In this document: positions 51,101 through 61,973 of the stretch, piece after piece
Numbering within the stretch: position 1 is the stretch's first letter
How the letters are laid out: every line of letters starts with the position of its first letter
Origin: Pecten maximus
Taxonomy: Eukaryota
DNA: 64,000 bases
Direction of reading: 5' to 3'
Assembly: GCF_902652985.1 (NCBI RefSeq)
Contig: NC_047020.1
Coordinates: 10,912,001 to 10,976,000, forward strand
The notes under the pieces: model-generated
What the model was told of the DNA's origin: nothing
The model's input: only the letters and a program-made list of their open reading frames with translations
Database searches by the model: none
Made by a program: the position numbers and the translations under genes

Positions 51101-52728
51101 CATTTTTACTTTTTAGCATTCTGTATCTATTACAAAATTGATATTAAAGGTGCTATTTACTTTTGTGTATCCCCCATATAGCCTTAAAGTACAAAATTGT
51201 TAATTGTGTAACTATAACAAACCTGTGACATCTTTGATGGCAATATTTCTGCCCTGGAGGTGCTTCTTTATTTCTTCAAAAATACCCCGCCCTGTCGCAG
51301 ACTCTATCCTCATGTCCGTCAAGAAAAGTGTTGATGGCTTCATTGTCAGAGGCTGAACTATTCTGGCTGTAACGCACAATTTGTGATGGACAGCAATGTC
51401 TGTACTTTCATCAGTCATTATGGTCAGAACTGGGGATGCTTTCATCTGTTTTGTAACATCTTTGTCGATTGTAGAACTGATGGATTCAAGCAGGTCACAT
51501 GCAGTATTATAGCTACAGTAGGTACTATTACATACATTTAAGGAATCCAAGTTTGGGGTGTTAAGTTCCTTAAGTAAGTTCATCAAACTTGTATATTTCG
51601 AAAGGGGGACACTCTCCTTTGCCATCCAATAAACAACTTTAAGACAGTTAACTATACCTTTCTCTTCCTTGGTATCGACAGAGGAAACAGCGGCATCCAA
51701 CTGTTGACGACCAAGGGGGGCAAAAATAGCTCTTTTATGGTCTGCAGATTCCAGATGTCTCTGGATGGTTGTGGTTTTGAAATTATTTGTGCCTACAGCC
51801 ATTGCATTTGAAAATGAACAATCCCTACATAATGAACACCACATCACATTTTCCTTCTCATCATGTTTGAGCCAGGAATGGAGGCTTTTCCACTTATCTT
51901 GGAATTTTAATTCTTTAGGAGTAATTTTCTCAGTAACATTTCGGACTTGAGTAAGGCTAGGTTGACTTTCACTTTGGTCCATAGATTCTACTACATTTGC
52001 CTCATTATTGCGATCGTGACTTGATACAGTTGAAGGTCTTTTAAAATATTTACCTATAGAGTAAGTATTTGTTTGGGAATCTCCAGATGTTCTTTTCTTG
52101 GACATGTTGAAGCAGAAAGAACTCAAAAAAAGCGTCTGCTTTATTTTCAAAACGGCTTCACTAGTTGCAAAAACGAAACTGGACATAATGCAGTAACAGA
52201 GAAAAAAACAACAACAACATTTAGGTTTGTTTGAAAGTATATGTTTATAAGTAAACTACATTGGTATTTTGCCTTTAATATGTTCACTATCATCTTTGCG
52301 TTAAAAAAACTTGATTTATTCGTACTAAAATGTCGGAATATCGTTCCTAGTCCGTTTACTATACGTTTTGTCATCGCGATCGGAATACCTCGGATGTGGT
52401 TATCCGGTTGCTTGCTTCACACAAATTCGAAGAGTTCCGAATGGTCATATATAGATCACTATAGCGCTTCAATTCGATGGGGTTTAACAAGCAAGCGTCC
52501 GAGTGACTACGTCAGCGAGCCCAATGGAGTGGTTAGCGATCGTGTAAGATGTCCGACGTGATTGCGGATGTTATTGTCAGTGTTAATGTTTTAATCGCTT
52601 ATATAAAGAAAGCATGCGATCCACAGACAAAGAGCATGCGATTTTTAATCCCATTTGGAGAAATGAAGCGCGATATTTCTGGAAAATAGGGGTAAATATC
52701 GCGATATCGCGGCCCAGAGTGATCCCTG
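48138..52728 (-). mobile_element. Full-length hAT DNA transposon
   Basis: TIRs CAGGGATCACCCTGGG / CCCAGAGTGATCCCTG (15/16). Flanks TATATATA / TATATATT (8-bp TSD, 7/8). Encodes a complete transposase. Confidence 0.9.
48652..52105 (-). CDS. hAT transposase, ZNF862-like, 6 exons, 718 aa, no stops or frameshifts seen at the junctions checked
   Basis: Exons 52105-51223, 50997-50848, 50701-50340, 50023-49818, 49379-49154, 48981-48652 (2157 nt, in phase). TTF-type Zn finger (WL...MWCSLC...HLESADH), D in MTDESTD, D in TDGA, HCSAH, RW, E in TSDCERAFS, C-terminal dimerisation domain. Confidence 0.88.
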
Positions 52729-52839
52729 TATATATTTGTATTTTTAACATTGCAGGGACCATATTTGTGAGGAATAAAAGGAATTAGAACCGACGAACGT
52801 TTTGGTCATTCTTGCAAAAGAACCCTAATACCACACAAT

Positions 52840-52881
<42 letters not shown>

Positions 52882-52886
52882 AATTG

Positions 52887-53269
52887 TGCTGTGTAAATTG
52901 GACTGGGTTGATCATTGGCAACAAGATAGCTCAGTTGGTAGCTATATAGAGTGTCCGTCTAGAGTTTGGAAGGTCCCGGGTTCGAACCCCATTCTGGCTG
53001 CTTCATTTGCTCGTTCTCCTATTACATAATTGGCGAGCTTGCCAACCCTTATTTAAAGTATGGGGAGTATGCTTAGCAAGGGCCGATATTTGAACTTGTG
53101 GTCTTTGGTAGCGAAGACTTGAAAAAAGGAGGGAGAAATGTAGCGGAACTCGACTGGGTTGATCATCTGCGACCAGGTAGCTCAGTTGGTAGAGTGTCTG
53201 TCTAGAGTTCGGAGGGTCCCGGGTTCGAACCCCGGTCTGGCTGCTACATTTTCTCTTTCCCCTGTTACA
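52887..53269 (+). mobile_element. Complete TRIM (383 bp) with tRNA-derived LTRs (Helenus-type)
   Basis: 5' LTR 52887-53026, PBS tggcgagcttgcca from 53031, PPT gaaaaaaggagggagaaa 53121-53138, 3' LTR 53139-53269 (TGTA...TACA). ATTG on both flanks. Each LTR carries TAGCTCAGTTGGTAG (A box) and GGTTCGAACCC (B box). Confidence 0.85.
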
Positions 53270-53402
53270 ATTGTATGTATCTACATTCATAGGTGCTTTG
53301 GGTAAGAAATTATATATGTGCATTTTATATGTGTATTGGATAGTCTCTATAATAATTTATTTAAAATGTCTAACACCATCTGCCCAAGCACTTGTGTCTA
53401 CA

Positions 53403-53519
53403 CATAGGTGCTTAGCACGTTTATAAGTCCAAGACCGATTATAGACTAATATGTAGAGATTCTCTTTATATTAGTCTATATAAGCGGTCTTGGACTTATA
53501 AACGTGCTAAGCACCTATG
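53403..53519. repeat. Near-perfect palindrome (~55-bp arms)
   Basis: cataggtgcttagcacgtttataagtccaagaccg ... cggtcttggacttataaacgtgctaagcacctatg. Confidence 0.9.
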
Positions 53520-53930
53520 CTTAGGGGAGGCTAGAGAGGGTACTGTAGGAGAGATTAGTGAGGGCAGGAATGATTTGAAAGATACATTGGTATCTATGAT
53601 ATTTGAGGCTTACGTGTGTCACAGTGTAGCATCAGAAGAAATCGTCTTCTTTCTGTAGAACTTGCGAATTGATCAACGTTGTGTGACGTTATGGACGTGA
53701 TTTTATTACTGACAAACATTCCAGGGAGCAAGATTAGTTTATACCAATGGAGAAACCGATCGATGTGTATATCCGGTAAAAAGAGAGTACAATGCCTGTT
53801 ATTCCAGTCTAATATTCTTACTGCAATTCCAATTGTTACATTTTTTGATTTGTTATTTTTCTGACCGTACAAATAGAAACTATTAAAATCTGAATTCCTT
53901 GCCGATATACTGGTCGAGTGAAATGTAGTA

Positions 53931-54036
53931 GTCACGTGACCGGCACTAAGGTAAACAACCGGTCTGAGGAACTGGTGAAAGTGGAATGAATGTTAACCGT
54001 GGAATGTGATTTTCGACACCTTGAAACAAGGTAAGT
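53931..54036 (+). promoter_or_regulatory. Probable promoter and non-coding first exon of a downstream plus-strand gene
   Basis: Palindromic GTCACGTGAC E-box at 53931-53940, GTAAACA, consensus donor AAG|GTAAGT at 54031. Confidence 0.5.
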
Positions 54037-55192
54037 AAAACTGCATCAATGCAGTTTTAATATAAATTGTGTACTTAGAAGATATAAAGTTACTGAAACG
54101 CTGATCATGTCCACAATATGTTTATTTTCAATCCATGTGGTATATATATACGTCTGTGAGTCAAGGGAGAGAGGGATTATGTATGTAACAGTGTTAAACG
54201 TCCTGTTGAGAAGACATACCCTACTATACAAGTAGCATATACATAGATTATATATAAATAAATATCCCTAATAACAATCATCGATGTTGCACATGTCTAA
54301 GTTTAATGTAAAATCCGTTTTTGTTTACTCTGAGATGATATTAATATAAAGATGGTTGAGCTACCTGTTCATAAATAAGTTATTTATACCCAGGGCATTC
54401 AAAGAAAGTAGACAAAGTTGCAAGTTACATATTTTATATTTATGTTTAACATATATATTGTGTCAAACTTTGAGGGTGGTCATTGTTTATATGTACATAT
54501 GTGCCTATTACCTGAAGTTTTGTGTCATAGTTTTGTTATTTTGCATCTTTGTTTATTATGTAGTACATTTCTATCAATCTATACAATTATAATTGTATGT
54601 ATTTTAATAGCGCATCTGTCTGTTGACAGTTGTTAATTAGATTCGGGACGTGCCGGGCCGTTAATCTGTGAAGTATTTAATTCTTCACACACGTGGCACT
54701 AATCGTCTGCATGGCTCTCCTTCAGTTTTATTGCCCCCTGTTAGAGAGGTATCTATCGCCTTTCAATCCCATTGTCTACTGCAGATGGGTACACCAATCT
54801 GGGAACTCCTGCCATGACCATATCTATACATGTATTACACAAGGTCAATATTTACTTGTCGCTAATTGTTTTTCTTAGTGTTATCATTACTTATGTGTAT
54901 TATTATTGTCACATTTAGGTAAAAGGAGCCAACTGCTCCTTCACAGGAGCGGGGTGCTCCTTCTATTCCTTCTGCTCCTGTAGGTTTCTGTATAAAATGG
55001 GTGAGAACGAGAGCGGAGGGGGAGTTCAAGTTTAGATGCCTAGGTGTTGCTTTGCTGGATTTTTTACTAGTATTCCTTATGCGCTAGCTGTGTTGCAAAT
55101 TACTCTGTAAACTGTAATGATGTCCTTTGAATGTAGATGTTGCTGAATACAGATAGCCTGGAACTGTACTACGATGCTGAATTGTGTTTTCT

Positions 55193-55592
55193 CTATGGTT
55201 GCCTTGGTTAATGTTCATTGTTCTTTGTATGGTAGCCTTGGTAAATTTTCGTTGTTCTTTGTATGGTAGCCTTGGTCAATGTTCATTGTTTTTGTATGAT
55301 AGCCTTGGTCAATGTTCATTGTTCTTTGTATGGTAGCCTTGGTCAATGTTCATTGTTTTTGTATGGTAGCCTTAGTCAATGTTCATTGTCTTTGTATGAT
55401 AGCCTTGGTCAATGTTTATTGTTCTTTGTATGGTAGCCTTGGTCAATGTTCATTGTATTTGTATGGTAGCCTTAGTCAATAGTCATTGTTCTTTGTATGG
55501 TAGCCTTAGTCAATAGTCATTGTTCTTTGTATGGTAGCCTTGGTCAATGTTCATTGTTTTTGTATGGTAGCCTTGGTCAATGTTCATTGTTC
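55193..55592. repeat. 33/34-bp minisatellite (~12 copies)
   Basis: Unit tatggtagccttggtcaatgttcattgttctttg. Confidence 0.93.
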
Positions 55593-55939
55593 ATTCTATG
55601 TTTGGTTGTCCTTAAATTTTTTTGATGTATTAATCATAGGTGACCCAAATGTAGCTTCATAAATTAATTATCTGATCAGGATAATATCTCATATGGCAGA
55701 ATTACATAAACAGATTTGCGTCACACTTGGTGTTAATAGACTTTTGTATATCACAACCAGTATTGGAATGTGACATTTCGCTGTCTAAAACACTCGGTCA
55801 CCTTCATCAGACAAATGACAATTCCAGCATGTGTACATTGAGAAGGTAAGTGTAAGAGATTATAATCAAATCAACAGGTCTTTTTTCTTTTGCACTATAA
55901 TGTTATGTACATGGAGGTGGTAAACAGTAGAAAAATAGA

Positions 55940-57462
55940 TTCAGCTACTCTGGGCAGATGTCAGTTTAACTACTCTGGGTAGATGTCAGTTTAGCTACTC
56001 TGGTCAGATGTCAGTTCAGCTACTCTGAGTAGATGTCAGTTTAACTACTCTGGTCAGATGTCAGTTCAGCTACTCTGAGTAGATGTCAGTTTAGCTACTC
56101 TGGGCAGATGTCAGTTCAGCTACTCTGGGTAGATGTCAGTTCAGCTACTCTGGGTAGATGTCAGTTCAGCTACTCTGGGTAGATGTCAGTTCAGCTACTC
56201 TGGGTAGATGTCAGTTCAGCTACTCTGGGTAGATGTCAGTTCAGCTACTCTGGGTAGATGTCAGTTCAGCTACTCTGGGTAGATGTCAGTTCAGCTACTC
56301 TGGGTAGATGTCAGTTCAGCTACTCTGGGTAGATGTCATTTCAGCTACTCTGGGTAGATGTCAGTTCAGCTACTCTGGGTAGATGTCATTTCAGCTACTC
56401 TGGGTAGATGTCAGTTTAGCTTCTCTGGGCAGATGTCAGTTCAGCTACTCTGGTCAGATGTCAGTTTAACTACTCTTGGTAGATGTCAGTTTAGCTACTC
56501 TGGTCAGATGTCAGTTTAACTACTCTGGTCAGATGTCAGTTTAACTACTCTGGTCAGATGTCAGTTTAACTACTCTGGTCAGATGTCAGTTTAACTACTC
56601 TGGTCAGATGTCAGTTTAACTACTCTGGGTAGATGTCAGTTCAGCTACTCTGGGTAGATGTCAGTTCAGCTACTCTGGGTAGATGTCAGTTCAGCTACTC
56701 TGGGTAGATGTCATTTCAGCTACTCTGGGTAGATGTCAGTTCAGCTACTCTGGGTAGATGTCATTTCAGCTACTCTGGGTAGATGTCAGTTTAGCTTCTC
56801 TGGGCAGATGTCAGTTCAGCTACTCTGGTCAGATGTCAGTTTAACTACTCTTGGTAGATGTCAGTTTAGCTACTCTAGGTAGATGTCAGTTCAGCTACTC
56901 TGGTCAGATGTCAGTTTAGCTACTCTGGTCAGATGTCAGTTTAACTACTCTGGTCAGATGTCAGTTCAGCTACTCTGGTCAGATGTCAGTTTAACTACTC
57001 TGGGTAGATGTCAGTTTAGCTACTCTGGTCAGATGTCAGTTTAGCTACTCTAGGTAGATGTCAGTTCAGCTACTCTGGGTAGATGTCATTTCAGCTACTC
57101 TGGGTAGATGTCATTTCAGCTACTCTGGGTAGATGTCAGTTCAGCTACTCTGGTCAGATGTCAGTTCAGCTACTCTGGTCAGATGTCAGTTTAACTACTC
57201 TGGGTAGATGTCAGTTCAGCTACTCTGGGTAGATGTCAGTTTAACTACTCTGGGTAGATGTCAGTTCAGCTACTCTGGTCAGATGTCAGTTCAGCTACTC
57301 TGGTCAGATGTCAGTTTAACTACTCTGGGTAGATGTCAGTTCAGCTACTCTGGTCAGATGTCAGTTTAGCTTCTCTGGGCAGATGTCAGTTCAGCTTCTC
57401 TGGGTAGATGTCAGTTTAGCTACTCTGGTCAGATGTCAGTTCAGCTACTCTGGGTAGATGTC
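55940..57462. repeat. 25-bp minisatellite (~60 copies)
   Basis: Unit ttcagctactctgggtagatgtcag. Confidence 0.95.
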
Positions 57463-57884
57463 CGACAGTTTGGTTATGCTTCATTTATAACCTGGTCCAA
57501 ATGGCTTCCTTTACCTGTCGCTTGAAAATGTTGTTCTCTCTGTCAATCACTGGAATTATTTCATTGTGTGGCATGATCTAGGATTGAGGATTTATTGATC
57601 TGGGACTCTGATTGTTTCCATTTTGATTTCTTGGCTTCTTGGGTTACCGGGTGGCTGGTATTCTCGAAAATGGACTCAAAATCTTCTCCATTCACTCTGA
57701 TATGTGACATCTTACAGTTCTTGCATTTTATACACATTTTGTGGCTTCCTCTTTGGGTATTTTTTATCCTTGGGATATACAAGGATGATTCTGATTTCTG
57801 AAGAAAATTTGTTTCTTAGGTTTGTAGCTGTTTTCCTGAGTAAATAACATATGAAATGGGTACTTTATATGTATAAGAATAAAG

Positions 57885-58108
57885 TTTGGTTTGGTTTGTT
57901 TTGTTTAACATCCTATTAACAGCCAGGGTCATTTAAGGGACATACCAGGTTTTGGGGGTGGAGGAAAGCCGGAGTACCCGGAGAAAAACCACCGGCCTAC
58001 GGTCAGTACCTGGCAACTGCCCCACGTAGGTTTCGAACTCGCAACCCTGAGGTGGAGGGCTAGTGATAAAGTGTCGGGACACCTTAACCAATCGGCCACC
58101 GCGGCCCC
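57885..58108 (-). mobile_element. tRNA-derived SINE
   Basis: Minus strand begins GGGGCCGCGGTGGCCGATTGGTTAAG (A box), has GAGTTCGAAACC (B box) and ends in (AAACC)n. aagaataaag occurs near both ends. Confidence 0.85.
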
Positions 58109-58754
58109 AAAAATAAAGAATAAAGAGTAGGGTCTTGAGATTTAGAAATCAAAAATATACACTCCTACTAAAAATAGAATGATGTAGGATTCCAGGTGTA
58201 TAAAGGCATGAATTCCCCAGGAGGGGATTCCCCAGTGCCCTGTTAATGTCAGGGTTACTGTCTTTTGAGTACTGATGTGCTTTTTTTGCCATCAAAACTA
58301 TACAATAACATCATTTATCAGGTAGCGAAAACTTCAAATTTAATTTGATATAAATTTCATATCATTTGAACTTCAAAGTTTTGAGTGAATGAAGGGATGG
58401 AATCACTATTAATAACATATAGTAAAATATTCAGTTGTTTGAGTCCTATAAACAAAGTGTTGTGTGGTATCAACATCTTGACATACTCACAGTGGTCAAA
58501 TTGACTTCTCTGCCAAAACATCACGCTTAAATCCAATACTTGTTAATTTTGAGTCTGTTCATAGTTACCAACCTGGAAAACATGTTGTGTAATGTCACCT
58601 TCAGTGTTGTAAATATTTAGAATATGAAGCAGGTGAGATTTATAAGTGTTAATTTCCACTTATCAGTTTATATTAGCGGGCTAGCTATTCCAGTTTAAAT
58701 GATGTGGATTTCTGTGATAACATAAGCTGGCTTTTATAAGTCTCTATTATGTAT

Positions 58755-59981
58755 ATTCAATTGTGTCATGTTATATTATTCCATTGTGTCATGTTGTAGT
58801 ATTCCATTATGTCATGTTGTAGTATTCCATTATGTCATGTTGTAGTATTCCATTGTGTCATGTTGTAGTATTCCATTGTGTCATGTTGTAGTATTCCATT
58901 TTGTCATGTGGTAGTATTCCATTTTGTCATGTGGTAGTATTCCATTTTGTCATGTGGTAGTATTCCATTGTGTCATGTTGTAGTATTCCATTGTGTCATG
59001 TTATAGTATTCCATTGTGTCATGTTGTATTCCATTGTGTCATGTTGTAGTATTCCATTGTGTCATTTGATAGTATTCCATTGTGTCATGTGATAGTATTC
59101 CATTGTGTCATGTTGTAGTATTCCATTTTGTCATGTGGTAGTATTCCATTGTGTCATGTTATAGTATTCCATTGTGTCATTTGATAGTATTCCATTGTGT
59201 CATGTGGTAGTATTCCATTGTGTCATGTTATAGTATTCCATTGTGTCATTTGATAGTATTCCATTGTGTCATGTGATAGTATTCCATTGTGTCATGTTGT
59301 AGTATTCCATTGTGTCATGTTGTAGTATTCCATTGTGTCATGTTGTAGTATTCCATTGTGTCATGTTGTAGTATTCCATTGTGTCATGTGATAGTATTCC
59401 ACTGTGTCATGTTGTATTCCATTGTGTCATGTGATAGTATTCCATTGTGTCATGTTGTAGTATTCCATTGTGTCATGTGATAGTATTCCATTGTGTCATG
59501 TTGTAGTATTCCATTGTGTCATGTTGTAGTATTCCATTGTGTCATGTTGTAGTATTCCATTGTGTCATGTTGTAGTATTCCATTGTGTCATGTTGTAGTA
59601 TTCCATTGTGTCATGTGATAGTATTCCATTGTGTCATGTGATAGTATTCCATTGTGTCATGTTGTAGTATTCCATTGTGTCATGTTGTAGTATTCCATTG
59701 TGTCATGTTGTATTCCATTGTGTCATGTTGTAGTATTCCATTGTGTCATGTGATAGTATTCCATTGTGTCATGTTGTAGTATTCCATTGTGTCATGTTGT
59801 AGTATTCCATTGTGTCATGTTGTATTCCATTATGTCATGTTATAGTATTCCATTGTGTCATGTTGTAGTATTCCATTGTGTCATGTGATAGTATTCCATT
59901 GTGTCATGTTGTAGTATTCCATTGTGTCATGTGACAGTATTCCACTGTGTCATGTTGTATTCCATTGTGTCATGTTGTAGT
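58755..59981. repeat. 23-bp minisatellite (~53 copies)
   Basis: Unit tattccattgtgtcatgttgtag. Confidence 0.95.
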
Positions 59982-59992
59982 ATAATATAGCA

Positions 59993-61973
59993 TAGTGTTA
60001 ATTTCTGGGGTTTACTTAGTGGAGGGTCAGGGTCAACAGTCAATGTAGGATAGTGTTTATGTCTGGGTTAACTTTGAGTTGAGGTCAGGGTCAACAGTCA
60101 ATGTGGGATAGTGTTTATGTCTGGGGTTAACTTTGAGTTGAGGGTCAGGGTCAACAGTCATTGTGGGATAGTGTTTATGTCTGGGGTTAACTTTGAGTTG
60201 AGGGTCAGGGTCAACAGTCGTTGTAGGATAGTGTTTATGTCTGGGGTTAACTTTGAGTTGAGGTCAGGGTCAACAGTCATTGTAGGATAGTGTTTATGTC
60301 TGAGTTTAACTTTGAGTGGAGGGTCAGGGTCAACAGTCAATGTAGGATAGTGTTTGTCTGGGTTTACTTAGTGGAGGGTCAGGGTCAACAGTCATTTTAG
60401 GATAGTGTTTATGTCTGGGTTAACTTTGAGTTAAGGTCAAGGTCAACAGTCAATTTAGGATAGTGTTTATGTCTTGAGTTTAACTTTGAGTGGAGGGTCA
60501 GGGTCAACAGTCAATGTAGGATAGTGTTTATGTCTGGGTTTAACTTTGAGTTGAGGTCAGGGTCAACAGTCAATGTAGGATAGTATTTATGTCAGGAGTT
60601 TAACTTTGAGTGGAGGGTCAGGGTCAACAGTCATTGTAGGATAGTGTTTATGTCTGGGGTTAACTTTGAGTGGAGGGTCAGGGTCAACAGTCATTGTAGG
60701 ATAGTGTTTATGTCTGGGTTAACTTTGAGTTGAGGTCAGGGTCAACAGTCAATGTAGGATAGTGTTTATGTCTGGGGTTAACTTTGAGTTGAGGTCAGGG
60801 TCAACAGTCATTGTAGGATAGTGTTTATGTCTGAGTTTAACTTTGAGTGGAGGGTCAAGGTCAACAGTCAATGTAGGATAGTGTTTATGTCTGGGGTTAA
60901 CTTTGAGTGGAGGGTCAGGGTCAACAGTCAATTTAGGATAGTGTTTATGTCTGGGGTTAACTTTGAGTTGAGGTCAGGGTCAACAGTCAATGTAGGATAG
61001 TGTTTATGTCTGGGGTTAACTTTGAGTTGAGGTCAAGGTCAACAGTCAATGTAGGATAGTGTTTATGTCTGGAGTTAACTTTGAGTTGAGGTCAGGCTCA
61101 ACAGTCAATTTAGGATAGTGTTTATGTCTTGGGTTAACTTTGAGTGGAGGGTCAGGGTCAACAGTCAATGTAGGATAGTGTTTATGTCTTGGGTTAACTT
61201 TGAGTTGAGGTCAGGGTCAACAGTCAATGTAGGATAGTGTTTATGTCTGGGGTTTAACTTTGAGTGGAGGGTCAGGGTCAACAGTCAATGTAGGATAGTG
61301 TTTATGTCTGGGTTAACTTTGAGTGGAGGTCAGGGTCAACAGTCAATGTAGGATAGTGTTTATGTCTGGGGTTAACTTTGAGTTGAGGGTCAGGGTCAAC
61401 AGTCATTGTAGGATAGTGTTTATGTCTGGGTTAACTTTGAGTTGAGGTCAGGGTCAACAGTCAATGTAGGATAGTGTTTATGTCTGGGGTTAACTTTGAG
61501 TGGAGGTCAGGGTCAACAGTCATTGTAGGATAGTGGTTATGTCTGGGTTAACTTTGAGTGGAGGGTCAGGGTCAACAGTCATTGTAGGATAGTGTTTATG
61601 TCTGGGGTTAACTTTGAGTTGAGGTCAGGGTCAACAGTCATTGTAGGATAGTGTTTATGTCTGGGGTTAACTTTGAGTTGAGGGTCAGGGTCAACAGTCG
61701 TTGTAGGATAGTGTTTATGTCTGGGGTTAACTTTGAGTTGAGGGTCAGGGTCAACAGTCGTTGTAGGATAGTGTTTATGTCTGGGGTTAACTTTGAGTTG
61801 AGGGTCAGGGTCAACAGTCGTTGTAGGATAGTGTTTATGTCTGGGGTTAACTTTGAGTTGAGGGTCAGGGTCAACAGTCATTGTAGGATAGTGTTTATGT
61901 CTGAGTTTATAGCTTTGAGTTGAGGGTCAGGGTCAACAGTCAATGTAGGATAGTGTTTATGTCTGGGGTTAAC
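59993..61973. repeat. 58-60-bp minisatellite (~33 copies)
   Basis: Unit agggtcagggtcaacagtcattgtaggatagtgtttatgtctggggttaactttgagttg; source of the periodic ORFs at 60158-61923. Confidence 0.95.

Larger units (their letters stand above)
47350..52835 (+). mobile_element. Solo LTR (~0.89 kb without the insert, Gypsy-type) interrupted by the hAT transposon
   Basis: TGTAG...CCACA termini, 4-bp CAAT at 47346-47349 and 52836-52839, AATAAA about 60 nt before the 3' end. Confidence 0.7.

Noticed and set aside
51212-52186. Host ZNF862 gene
   Set aside because: Bounded by TIRs and an 8-bp TSD and inserted in an LTR, so called as a hAT transposase rather than a host orthologue.
53171-53243. tRNA gene (also 52920-53000, 46935-47005, 21165-21915)
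   Set aside because: A and B boxes are present, but the acceptor and anticodon stems pair poorly and the sequences sit inside TG...CA LTRs with PBS/PPT. They are TRIM-borne tRNA derivatives.
57514-57800. Minus-strand exon-like ORF 57561-57782
   Set aside because: In-frame stops before the candidate donor and no recognisable family; cannot be supported as a gene.
60158-61923. Periodic ORFs (MTVDPDPQLKVNPRHKHYPT...)
   Set aside because: Translations of the 60-bp minisatellite, broken by 58/59-bp units.
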